Shown here piece after piece: positions 51,268 to 64,000 of a stretch of DNA of 64,000 nt (the first letter of the stretch is position 1; each line of letters begins with the position of its first letter). The stretch comes from Octopus vulgaris. Its lineage: Eukaryota. Below the pieces are notes generated by a model. That model worked only from the letters and a program-made list of their open reading frames with translations. It made no database searches and was not told the DNA's origin. The translations under genes and the position numbers were made by a program. The stretch is from NCBI GenBank assembly GCA_951406725.2, contig OX597818.1, positions 49,042,001-49,106,000 of the forward strand. The letters run 5' to 3'.

Positions 51268-54200
51268 TTAAACATCTTTTTTTTTTTTGTTCTTCTATTA
51301 ACTACTGAGGAGTAAAAGTATGATTATTATGATTTTCTATTTATGAATATCTGATTCCATTTGTATGAAACAATTGTATAGCAATATGAAAATTAAAAAC
51401 TATAATCCATTTTAACATCCAGTCTCCTTCATTACATAAATATGAATGAATTTACTCTTTTATTTGTTTCAGTCATTTGACTGTGGCCATGCTGGAGCAC
51501 CGCCTTTAGTCGAGGATATCGACCCCAGGACTTATTCTTTGTAAGCCTAGTACTTATTCTATTGGTCTGTTTTGCCGAACCGCTAAGTTACGGGGACGTA
51601 AACACACCAGCATCGGTTGTCAACCGATGTTGGGGGTACAAACACAGACACACAAACATATACACAAACACATACATATATATATATACATATATACATA
51701 TATATGACGGGCTTCGTTCAGTTTCCATCTACCAAATCCACTCACAAGGTTTTGGTCTGCCCGAGGCTATAGTAGAAGACATTTGCCCAAGGTTCCATGC
51801 AGTGGGACTGAACCCAGAACCATGTGGTTGGTAAGCAAGCTACTTACCACACAGCCTTCCTGCGCCTTTTTCAATAAGTTAAGTCATATACTGATTATAT
51901 ATATGTGTGTTGTATGGGGGAGGACCATCATTTGACAACCAGTGTTGGTTTGTTTATGTTCCCGTAACGTAGTGGTTCAACAAAAAGTGTCCGATAGAAT
52001 AAGTACCAGGCTTAAAAAAATAAAATGAATACTGAGGCTGCAGTCTAATGACTTAAACAAGTAAAAAAATAAAAGATATTGAACCAAATAAACAATAAAT
52101 TTGCATGTTGTTATTTAACTCCTGCATCAGACTTTCTTTGTATATCTGGTATTACATTGAGCAATCTGCATTTCGTTTCCATGACAATAGGAGGTGTGAT
52201 TCGAAAGAAATTTTGCTGCTATCTCAAGCATATAGAAACTACCTCGTGATACAAGATCATAACACCATTGTTGTTGACTAGTTAGAATATTTTGTTTCAT
52301 GTTCTGGGTTTTTTTTCTCCTGGAGGAGTATTTTTACCTCTGCCTTAGCTAAGGTGGTGGTATTGTTTTCAGTTGTATTTGTTTGTTTGTTTGTCCGTGG
52401 ACAAGATATCTCAAGAACTGCTGAATGGATTTGGATGAAACTTCCAGGGATGTTTGGCCTTGTGGCTGGCATGAATTGATTAGATTTTGGAATCCATCCG
52501 GTACTGGACAAAGATTCTGGATTATTTTTCCTGTTTTTTTAACTTAATTTTTGCGAGCGGTCAGGTTCATTTTTAGTATTCTCATTTGTGAGAGTGGTCG
52601 AGTTTATTTCAGATATTCTCATTCTGAAAATCATCTCTGACTAATCATTGAGAGGACATTTGTGTTGCCTTGGTGGAGATTTGCGATCTCTGAGTACTCT
52701 TGTTTATTTTATTTTTTAGTCAGTGTTTTAAGATTTCGGCAAGCAAACGATGTATGTTATAAGTGACTTACAACAGCTGTAGAATTTATAACATTTAAGA
52801 TGTTAGAAATTGCTGATTCTGATTCTCAAAAAATGGTGCCACTTGAAGAAAGATGAGAAGTGGTTTTATTTTTTTTTCTTTTGGAATCACTTTCAGTAAA
52901 ATTTGAAAGCATTGTGTATTCTTTAAATCTTTTTGAATATATTTTAGATAACCAACCCTAAACTTGAGAAAGAGAGCAATTTAAAAGTCGTCTCTTCATT
53001 TCCAAATTCTTTGCCCATGAAAACACTTCACTTTCTGGTTTGAAAAATGTCTACTTCTGATATTGTAAATATCTTCATTAAATAAGGTCTTAGAAATGAA
53101 GAAGCACCTAAAAATCATCTAATTTTAATGTTCAGATTAAATATTAAATAATAAATGCGCCCTTTTAAAGCCTAGCCAGGCTCATGGGTCCGATTTCCTG
53201 GTTTCTATGGCGTATGTGTTCCCCAGCTGGATGGGACGCCAGTCTATCGCAGCGTTACTCATTTTTGCCAGCTGAGTGGACTGGAGCAACGTGAAATGAA
53301 GTGTTTTGCTCAAGAACACAACGCGTCGCCCAGTCCAGGAATCGAAACCACAATCTTACAATCATGATGCTGACACCCTAACCACTAAGCCGCGTGCCTC
53401 CACAGATTAAATATTGCCATCAAGTTTTTGGCTGAAGGCTAGCAATTTCAGGGAAGGGTCAGGTTGAATATATCAATCTTAGTGCTCAACTGGTACTTAA
53501 TTTATCAACCCCAAAAGGGATGAAAGGCAAAGTCAATCTTGGTAGAATTTGAACCCAGAATATAATGATGGATGAAATGCTACTAAGCATTTTGTCCGGC
53601 AGGCTGACGATTCTTCCAGCTCGCCACCATATTGAGATTGGTTATTGATTTCAGTAAATATGTGCCTGGTTAATTTTTGCAGGAGAGAAGCAAAAATCGA
53701 AATTGATCAACATCAATGGAAATTGTAGCTGTGATACCAATGCCGGTGGCACGTAAGAGAACCATCCGAACGTGGACGTTGCCAGCGCTGCCATAACTGG
53801 CCTCCGTGCCGGTGGCACATAAAAAAGCACCATCCAATTGTGGCTGTTGCCAGCCTCGTCTGGCCCCCATGCCAGTGGCATGTAAAAAGCACCATCTGAT
53901 CGTGGTCATTTGCCAGCCTCGTCTGGCACCTGTGCAGGTGGCATGTAAAGAGCACCCGCTACACTCACGGAGTGGTTGGCATTAGGAAGGGCATCCAGCT
54001 GTAGAAACACTGCCAAATCAGACTGGGCCTGGCGCAGCCTTCTGGCTTCCTAGACCCTAGTTGAACCGTCCAACCCATGCTAGCATGGAAAACGGACGTT
54101 AAACAATGATGATGAGAAGCATAAGTGAAAAATAAAAATGCTTAGTTTTGTCAACACTGGTGGGGTTTGAACTCAAAACATTTAGTCCAGTACTCTCCTA

Positions 54201-55675
54201 TTTCATTCAACTCTACATTTTAAATTGTTTGTTCCTTCTTGAGTCACGTCTGGCTCATAGGGCCAGTTTCCCGGTTTCCTTGGCATATAGGTTCCCCACC
54301 TTGACGGGACACCTGTCCGTCGCAGGTGAGCTGCAAGATGCAGGAGGAAAGTGTGAGAGAAAGTTGTGGCAAAAGAGTCAGCAGTAGTTAGCCATTACCT
54401 TCTGCCAGGGCCGCATGGACCTTAGGTGTTTTGCTCATAAACATTCACATCGCCTGGTCTGAGATTCGAACCCGCAATCCCTCAACCGCGAGTCCACTGC
54501 TCTAACCACTAGGCCATGTGCCTCCACACATTTTAAATTAATGATACATTTTTCTCCAGGCACAGGTATAGTTTTGTAGGGAAATATTAACCGATAGAAT
54601 ATAACTGATACTGTAGTGTATTCATTTAAGAAGTTAACCACTGAGTCGAACAGAGAAGAGTTAGAAACTTGAGCACAGAGGGGTGTAATTAAATACTATT
54701 TGTGTTTACAGGGGAACCAAACACCTGCTTGAAATATTAACCAAATCTCTATCAGATAAGCCCTATTGTCTTACTAAAGAGAGACATATTGGATTTATAT
54801 AGTTTCTAATACACATACAATGTCAGAAAGGAGAAAAGGACTGAGTAAGCTTTTTCAAAAGTAGGGTTGATCAAAATCGACTTGAAGCTAAGCAACAACT
54901 AAATAATTGCCACAAAAATTCTTTAACTGAGTGAACTTTTAATAAATGTCAGCAAGAATTAGTACTGCTGCTTTATACAAACAGTTATCTACATATATAA
55001 ATTGAAGATTTTTAAATGGTATTTCAGAGAAATGACAGTGATCAGCTAACTTCTATAACACATGGTGGATATAAATGTAACTGAATGGTTAAGATGTTTG
55101 CTTTATAACCATGATGTTCTAGGTTTGATTCTTCTACATGGCATCTTGGACACCTATATCTGTTATAGCTTCAGATCAATCCAGATTAGGGATCTGCCTT
55201 CCTTGTTGGGAAAGAGGGTTATTTCTTTGAGACACTTACCATTCCTATGGTCGGTACCTACTGACATCAGTTTTGAAGGTAACAAAGTCATGAAATAATG
55301 TAAGACATTTAGCTGATGTGGGTTAAGTACGCTGAGGAAGGGGGTATAATGAAACAATGTGACTTTCTCACATAACTGCCAAAACACTGTAATTTTTTCT
55401 AAGTTTGTGCCAACAAATTGTAATATTTTGGCTTTTTTTCAATATTTCATTGTTGTAACAATTATTGTCCACCATAAGGTCCAGTCCTTGTTGCACTGTG
55501 ATGGCTGATATGCCTCAACGATTCTAAGAGCTGTGCCAGAGGAGTGCAAGCATATGGTAGAACTTCTCATGGTGAGCAGGTCAAAGGATCCAGACTAATA
55601 TGGGTCATCCCTTCCCAAAGGTAAAAATGGGTTTGCATAGGGTTGATAGCCCTATTTAGAAAGAAAAAAAGTTAC

Positions 55676-55779
55676 AGGGCCATATCACGTTGAAAGCACT
55701 GATCACCGAAGTTAAGCAACGTTGAGCCTAGTTAGTACTTAGATGGGTGACTGCTTGGGAAACCTAGGTGCTGTAAGCA
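55676..55779 (+). pseudogene. 5S rRNA pseudogene
   Basis: ccatatcacgttgaaagcac[~11-nt deletion]tgatcaccgaagttaagcaacg...gttagtacttagatgggtgactgcttgggaa..ctaggtgctgtaagc; boxes A and C recognisable; no T-run terminator. Confidence 0.88.
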
Positions 55780-56901
55780 TCACACATTAGAGTGGCTGTG
55801 TAGTGAGTAGCTTGCTTACGAACCACATAGTTCCAGGTTCAGTTGTGCACACACAACAGAGTTCAAGGTCAATCTGTGCCAAGCGGCTTCACTCGGCATG
55901 CTTCAGCTTCATTACTATGTCAACAGTCCGGATACTTATTGATCAGACCACATATGTACAGGTGCAAACATGGCTGTGTGGTAAAAAGCCTTCTTCCCAA
56001 CCACGTTTCTGAGTTCAGTCCCACTGTGTGGAACTTTGGGCAAGTGTCTTCTCCCTTATCCTTGGGCTGGCCAAAGCTATGTGTCTGTGTTTGTCCCCCT
56101 ACCACTGCTTGATAACCCATGTCGGTGTGTTTGTGTCCCTGTAACTTAGCACTTCAGCAAAAGAGACTGATAAGATAATTACCAGGTTTAAAAAGGTGTG
56201 AGAGGCCAGACCTGGCCAATTTGAACAAAAACAGAATGTTTTGGCTGGACACGGCTGGTTAATGTTGTATGACAATAATACCTGGTAGCAAACTCCAGCC
56301 ATTGTTTGGTGATTTCATTCAACAATATGTATGACCATTCCACTGGTTTACTCACCATTTTTGTCTGATAATTCATCTTTGTGTGTGCCGGTCAAACACT
56401 GTCCAATGGTGTTGATAGGGTTTTGGTAAGCATGAAAAACTTTTCTCCTAGAATTACATTTCTAAAATCAGTGTGCATCTTCCACAATGCTGTTTCTACT
56501 ATGCTGTAAAATATAGAAATTGTTTCTAATATAGACACAAGGCCATCAGTTTTGAGGGGAGGGTATTAATCAATATCATTGAGCCCTGTACTGGTACTTT
56601 CAAGGGCCAAGTTGGCCCAGACAGGGTTTGAACTTGGACCATAAAATGACATCACTAAGTATAATAAGGCATTTTATTTGATGTTTAAATGACCTTGCTA
56701 ATCTATTGCCGTTAAAAATTTTAATTAATAAAAGTTAATTGTAAGTAGATTGTGAACAATGCAGTAGGGAGTACTGTATTTAATGACATAAAAAATGCAG
56801 ATTAGACGTACCCCAGTTTCAACAGTACAAAGTTAGACAAAAAATGTTTTTAGTGTTCAAAACATGTAAAATAAGCTCAACTTAAGATATAGGATCCATG
56901 G

Positions 56902-56933
<32 letters not shown>

Positions 56934-59613
56934 GAGACATTTTTTAGGGAAAAAGTACACCTTGTAAGCCATCAAATGTGGTCAGTCTGATCTTGGCAGT
57001 AATACAACCTGATGGCCAGTGCCGCTGGACTGGCTCTTGTGCAGGTGGCACATAAAAAACACCATTTGAGTGTGGTTGTTGCCAGTACCGCCTGACTAGC
57101 CCTCATGCTGGTGGCACGTAAAAGCACCCACTACACTCTTGGGGTGGTTGGTGTTAGGAAGGGTATCCAGCTCTAGAAACTCTGCCAGATCAGATTGGAG
57201 CCTGGTGCAGCCATCTGGTTCGCCAGTCCTCAGTCAAATCGTCCAACCCATGCTAGCATGGAAAGCGGACGTTAAATGATGATGATGATGATGTTGAATT
57301 TGTCTGGAGAAGGCCAGACATAATTTCAGTCATTCAACTTTAAAAAAAGATTTGATATATTTTCTCCAATGAAACAGTCTGGGAACTATTGTAAAATCTC
57401 TATAATTTTTTTCAAAATCATTATAATTTGATTTTGCTTCCAAATATTTATATTTAATCTTAGTATGTTTAGTCAAAGATACTTACCTTTATTAATTATG
57501 ACTATTAAAACTTCCGTTTTTAAAATTCAGTTTGTTCTTTCAGTAGAATTGTTGACTTAAGTACAGATTGCAAGTGAAACTTAATTAGACATTTGTGGTG
57601 TTCACAATACACAAATGAGCTACCTTTGGTGAGTCATATAATTGCTTACCTGTCAGCTTAGAAGAAGTGACCAAGAGGTCCTGAAACTGGTGCTGTCTGT
57701 TAGTCTTTTGACTAGCAGAAAATATTTGATTATTTTACATCTATAATGGAGGTTTTTAGTCTATCAGTATACTTTAAATAGTAAGTATTCTTTCAGAATT
57801 GTAACGTTGGATTAAGATGCTGAAAAATTTTACTTCTTCATGTGTTAAGATTGTACTTTCCTTTCAAGCAAGACACGTGAAGGAAATGCACACAGTTATA
57901 TCTTTCTGCCTAATTCCACCCACAAAATAAAATAAAATAAATAAACAGGCATAGCAGTGGCTGTGGGGTAAGTAGCTTGTTTACCAACCACATGGTTCCT
58001 GGTTCAGTCCCACTGCGTGGCACCTTGGTTAAGTGTCTTTTACTATAGCCTTTGGGCCGACCAAAGACTTGTGAGTCGCCATAACTTAGCGGTTCAGCAA
58101 AAGAGACTGATAGAATAAGTACTAGCCTTACAAAAAATAAGTCCTGGGGTCGATTTGATTGACTAAAGGCAGTGCTCCAGCATGGCCGCAGTCAAATGAC
58201 TGAAACAAGTAAAAGAGTAAACAAATAAGTATTAGTTCTTATCTTTTTTATTATTTCAAAATATTTATTCTTTGTTCATTTTGTATGTATTTGTTATTTG
58301 CTTATTTTATAAGTATAATTTATTCCTGTAATAAAAGATAGAAAATTTGCCCTTCAACATTAGATATTGTATATTTTTATTTAACAACTGATATATATAT
58401 ACTTTAAGCAAAAGTTCACCATCACCATCACTTCTGATTTACCAAACTAGCATGAAATGGATACATCTGTTATATAAGCAAGCATGTCACATGTCATCAT
58501 TCTATGTAGTTTGGAATTTATCACCCAAGACTTCCTAACATTATCAGTACACTCAACCTTTCTACCCAACACTCATTCTTCATTTGTGTTACTGTCCCAG
58601 TTGCCTCACCTACACACATCAACTGACACCATCTATAAGCAACTAAATTCTCCCGTATAACACTTATATTCTACATTTCAAGCAGTTTATTCATTCAGCA
58701 GATCATTTTGAATTCTTCTTACTTTATGCAGTTGTTCCATCCCTGTACAATTGATCATCCGTTTGTGTCAGCTTGCTGTCGAGATGTCAGGTGTTCTAGA
58801 CCCAGCAGTATAACTATTTCCTCTGCAAAATCAGGATCACCGTGGCCTATCTGAGAAATAAGTCCTGTGAAGTGGAGTGGTTGTTACAGCGATTAACACT
58901 GGTTGTTCTCCATGGCAACATCATTGCAGTCATTACTGCAGGGTACAGCTGAGCACACAATTTATTCCGGTGTTTGTGGCCCACTGCCCCTCCCCACAAC
59001 TCCTGTTGCTTTACCTTTTTTCTTTCTTTTCCTTTTTTATCTTTCTTTTTTTTTCTGTTTCTTTGTATTTCATCATCATCATCGTTTAACGTCCGCTTTC
59101 CATGCTAGCATGGGTTGGACGATTTGACTGAGGGCTGGCACACCAGATGGCTACACCAGGCTCCAATCTTGATCTGGCAGAGTTTCTACAGCTGGATGCA
59201 CTTCCCAACACCAACCACTCCGAGAGTGTAGTGGGTGCTTTTACGTGCCACCGGCATGGGGCCAGTCAGGCGGTACTGTCAACGACCTCGCTCGAATCTT
59301 TTACACATGCCACCAGTGCAGGTGCCAGTAAGGCGATGCTCGTGAGGTTTCCAAGTAAGTTGCAAGACAGAAATGGGAAAAGACCCCATGGCTGTGTGTT
59401 AAGAAGTTTGTTTCCCAACCATATGGTTCCTGGTTCAGTCCCACTGTGTATGGCACTTTGGGCAAGTGTCTTCTACTATAGCCTTGGGTTGACCAAAATG
59501 GATTTGGTAGATGGAAACTGAAAGAAGCCTGTCATATGTGTGTGACCTTGTGTGTACCATTGGCGATTTTTTTTTCCTCTGTCTTCCCTTCTCTGGATCT
59601 TTCCTTCTCCTAT

Positions 59614-59648
59614 GTTTCTGACGAAAAGCTCCGCTCGAAACGTTAAAC
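59614..59648 (+). ncRNA. Minimal hammerhead, paralog of 271-305
   Basis: gttt-CTGACGA-a-aagc(tcc)gctc-GAAA-cg-T-T-aaac; stem II closing pair mutated. Confidence 0.65.
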
Positions 59649-59744
59649 CCTCCTTCTTTCCTTCTTTCCTGAGCGTCCAATAATACTATATTTGTTCCAC
59701 GTCCTCGCGTTGTTGTGTTTTTTTGTGCTTTCTTGTTTGGATTA

Positions 59745-59783
<39 letters not shown>

Positions 59784-59942
59784 AAAATTATAATAAGGGT
59801 GCTGAATGGTTACAACACCAGTCTGATAGAAGTAGACCCAGCACCCTTGTTATAATTTCAATATAAATTAACCCTTATGGTATTTTTAGTATGCTGGCCA
59901 CTGATAAATCATAAAATAATGATTTTATCCTAATCATGTATG

Positions 59943-60013
<71 letters not shown>

Positions 60014-60599
60014 ATTTGTGTGTCTGTTTGTCCCTCCCACCATCACTTGACAACTGATGTTGGTGTGTTTATGCCCCCATAATTTAGCAGTTCAGCAAAA
60101 TAGACCAATAGAATAAGTACTAGGCTTACAAAGAATAAGTTCTGGGGTCAGTTTATTTGACCAAAGGCAGTGCTTCAGCATGGCTGCAGTCAAATGATTG
60201 AAACAAGTAAAAGAATATATATATCTGTGTGTGTGTGTGTGTGTGTGTGCGTGTGCGTATGTGTGTGTGTATATAATGTATGTATGTGTGTGTATGTATA
60301 TAATGTATGTAAATGTGTGTGTGTTTGTATATAATGTATGTATATGTGTGTGTGTCTTTGTATCTGTGTTTGTCCCACCACTACTGCTTGACAACCAGTG
60401 TTGGTGTGTTTATGTCCCTGTAACTTAGTGGTTCAGCAAATGAAACTAATAGAATTAGTACTGGGGTTGATTTGTTCAACTAAACATGTCAAGATTGTAT
60501 ACCAGTATAGTCACAATCCAATGACTGAAACAGACAAGTTTAGTTACAGCAAGCATTTTGATGTTAAGCACAATTTCTCCAAGACTTTCAACTTCAAAA

Positions 60600-61002
60600 T
60601 CTCTCTCTATATATAAACGGCAAAATGTCTGTCTGTGTGTGTGTCCTTTATAGAAATCCACAATTTTTCAGTTAGAGGGCTCGCACTTTCTATGATCATT
60701 CAAAACCGTCCAAGGGTGGTCGTGCACATCTTTACATTTCCCCAATCACCTCACAAAGCCATTAAAAAATCAATAGAAGTGACTTTTTTGTGAATTTTCT
60801 ATCCAAAACCCAATCAAAATGCCCGAAACTTGATACGCCAATTAAATGCCAGCTAGCTGTATGTGATTGGTCAGAGATTTGGACGGTACTCGCGTATATG
60901 CATGCACTAGCTGTATATGCATGCACTAGCTGTATATGCATGCACTAGCTGTATATGCATGCACTAGCACTATGACCTGGCGTTGCCAGGTCATAGTGCT
61001 AG
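60600..61002 (+). mobile_element. Non-autonomous Helitron-like element with 19-bp tandem repeats and a perfect terminal hairpin
   Basis: A|TCtctctctatatataaa start; (tgtatatgcatgcactagc) x ~4; CTAG|T end. Confidence 0.7.
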
Positions 61003-61600
61003 TATATACTAATGTATGACAGCATTAAAGTAGATGCAGTCCCAAATGAATTATCATGACACAAAAACGAAGCAGTTCCTGTCTGCACTACAGGAAAAGC
61101 ACCCATGCTGGTGCCACGTAAAATGCACTTGTGCTGATGCCACATAAAAAGCGCCCTGTACACTCTGTAAAGTGGCTGGTGTTAGGAAGGGCATCCAGCC
61201 ATAGAAACCTTGCCAAAACAAATGACTGAAGCCTGGTGCAGCCCTCCAGCTTGTGAACTCCTGTCAAAACTTCCGAACCATGCCAGCATGGAAAATAGAT
61301 GTCTAATGATGATGATGGTGATAGTGATGATGATGATGATGATGATGATAAAAAATGCTTTCATTTTTCTTTGGTTCTCTAATATCAACATTACTGAATA
61401 CAGTCATTTTGCAATCTTTCTTCAATAAATAGGTTTTTTTCAATGCCTTCATTGTTGAATAGCCTTTGACAGGGTCACTTGCTCTATGATATGGTGGTCA
61501 CTGAGGAAAGTAGGGGTAGATGAATAGGCGTCACCACCACCATCATCATCATCGTTTTAATGTCCATATTCCACGCTGATATTGGATGGGATGCTATGGG

Positions 61601-61892
61601 CAGGGCTGTAGAGTTAAAACAAAAAACTTTGACTCTGATTCCGACTCCTGTACTATTAGCACCTCTGACTCCAATTCCGACTCCAACCCCTCTTAATGTA
61701 ATTAAGTGATTGCGGTCTACACATCTCATAAAGTATATGCATACACTTGTACTTTGAGTAGGTCTATATGTTATAAACCAGTTTATAATAAAGAATAAAA
61801 ACATTGTGAGTCGGAATCAAAGTTGGTATTGTTTAACTGACTCCGACTCTAGCTACCCATTAATTGTTTCTGACTCCAACTCCACAGCCCTG
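61601..61892. mobile_element. hAT-type MITE with gactcc repeats
   Basis: TIRs cagggctgt(a)gagt / actccacagccctg; 8-bp TSD gctatggg/gctatagg; splits a family-B repeat. Confidence 0.8.
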
Positions 61893-62924
61893 GCTATAGG
61901 TCCAGGGGACTGCATTGTACTTCAATCTCTGCTTCGGCATAGCTTCTATAACCGAATGCCCTTCTTAATGCAAATTGGAGGACCCAGCAGAACTGATCCT
62001 GGTACATGACTGGTACCTATTTTATGAATGGGGAAATAGTCAAAGACAATAATAGCAGGATATGAAATCAGAGAAACTACATCATAATCAAAATCTTACC
62101 ATGATAAAATTATCATAACCTCATTGTTGATATAAATATTGAATAATGCTTGTAAAAATTTCTATAAATTGAATAATAGACTAATTAAATACTGGTTCTA
62201 TATGCTGTGCTATACAAAGTAATACACAGGCAGTGTAGTATGATGATTCATCAAAGTGTACACATATGCCAGCTAGCCGGGAAGTTAACATGCTGGCTGT
62301 TGTTTCTTCTATAAAAAAAGAAGCTTATAAAATTATCAAATAAGAATGGTAGATAAAATTATAAAAGGGAAATAAAGTTCATTTAAAATCAGGATTCTCT
62401 TCGAGAATTAAAGTTAATTGATATTAACAATAGATTTGGGGAAACTGGAAGAGAAAACGCCAAACACAAGCGACTGCAATGGCAAAAGCATTTCTAGCAG
62501 TAGGTCAACCAAGAAAGTTGATTGAACTACTAGAAATAGCAACCAAATCTCCTTCAAATTAAACCTCCATGGTGTGTTGAAAAGAAAGGGAATGATACAT
62601 TGGATAACATTGTCAAAGATACCCCTTAAAAGATGCTAATATCCTGGACGGAATGTCTTATATCATAATTCTACCCAACCAGGAACAAGATTGTAATGAG
62701 GGAGCTTCCACGCAGTCACTCAACTTGCTAGAAATAGCACCCAAATTCCCTGAACTCATCTTACCATCTTAAAAGGATGGACACATTGACCAGTGTTGTC
62801 CTAGATATCGAAAAAGATGAAAATTCTTAATTGGAATGCTTTTGATGATAGGTCTGCTCAATCAGAGCTGGCTTTGTGCTAGAGTCATATAACTGTTTAA
62901 AATGCATGCATATGCACATACACA

Positions 62925-64000
62925 GAAAATGTGCAGAGAACAACTTCTGCTACATTCCAGGGAGAAAAACCAGAAGTAGTTGATAGCTTCTGTTACCTAG
63001 GTGACCAAGTTGGTAGCAGGGGTGGGTGCTCTGAAAGTATAGCTGCTAGAATAAGAATATCCTGGGCAAAGTTCAGAGAGCTCTTACCTCTGCTGGAGAC
63101 AAAAGGCCTCTCGCTCAGAATAAAAGGTAGACTGTATGATGCATGTGTACAAACAGCCATGCTACATGGCTATGAAACATAGGCCGTGACTGCTGAGGAC
63201 ATGCGTAAGATTACAAGGAATGAAGCCAGTATGCTCCGCTGGATGTATAATGTCAGTGTGTGTACTTGGCAGAGTGTAAGTACCTTGAGAGAAAAGTTGG
63301 ACCTAAGAAGCATCAGCTGTGGTGTGCAAGAGAGATGATTGTGCTGGTATGGTCATGTGGTGAGAATGGATGAAGGTAGCTGTGTGAAAAAGTTTCACAC
63401 CCTAGCGGTTGAGGGAACCTGTGGAAGAGGTAAACCCAGGAAGACCTGGGATGAGGTGGTGAAGCACTACCTTCGAACATTAGGCCTCACCGAGGCAATG
63501 TCTAGTGACTGAGACCTTTGAAAATATGCTGTGCTTGAGGAGACCCGGCAAGCCAAGTGAGACCATAACCCGTGGCCTATGCCAGGGGTGTAACCAGCCC
63601 ACTTATGCATACCTTTCCTTCATTGGACTCTAAACTCTGCTTGCGAAGACCTGTTGAAGCAAGTGAAATCGAAATCAAATTCAATGACTGGCATCTGTGC
63701 TAGTGGGACACTAAGAGTACCATCCAAGCATGATCGTTGCCAGAGCAGCTGACTGGCTTCCATGCCAGTGGCATGTAAAAAGCATCATTTGAGCATGAAT
63801 GTTACCAACGTCGCCTTACTGGCACTTGTGCTGGTGGCACGTGAAAAACTATTCAAGCGAGGTTGTTGCCAGTGCCGCTGGACTGGCTCCTGTGCAGGTG
63901 GCACGAAAAAAACACTATTTGAGCTGGTGGCACATAAAAGCACCCACTACACTCTCGGAGTGGTTGGCATTAGGAAGGGCATCTAACTGTAGAAACTCTG
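62925..64000 (+). mobile_element. RTE LINE 3' portion: RT C-terminus followed by the family-B 3' UTR
   Basis: EVVDSFCYLGD...ARIRISWAKFRELLPLL...KGRLYDACVQTAMLHG.ET...WYGHVVRM...GRGKPRKTW, running directly into ggtggcacataaaagcacccactac. Confidence 0.9.

Noticed and set aside
58730-58980. GC-richer unique segment, possible exon
   Set aside because: Frames on both strands hit stops within ~40 codons; no recognisable protein

Overview
AT-rich, repeat-dominated animal genomic DNA. The SINE/LINE repertoire and microsatellite density look cephalopod (Octopus-like); this is my recognition, not a database hit. Almost all ORFs in the supplied track are artefacts of SINEs and microsatellites. Real coding signal is limited to decayed transposon proteins (RTE, CR1-group and R4/Dong-like LINEs; DD37D/maT and Tc1-mariner transposases) plus a few low-confidence host exons, possibly from a divergent gene pair whose CpG-rich promoter lies near 45.3 kb. 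The window also holds Helitron- and Helentron-like elements, piggyBac, hAT and Mutator-like MITEs, a 5S rRNA pseudogene, and an 11x34-bp minisatellite born inside a LINE. The most notable signal is about eight minimal type-I hammerhead ribozyme motifs with palindromic stem III (Penelope/retrozyme type). These include a variant with a compensatory G3-C8 core swap (14129-14178, minus) and a retrozyme-like pair of ~255-bp direct repeats 945 bp apart, each carrying a hammerhead (42125-43326). No CRISPR, prokaryotic or identifiable intact host gene could be supported.
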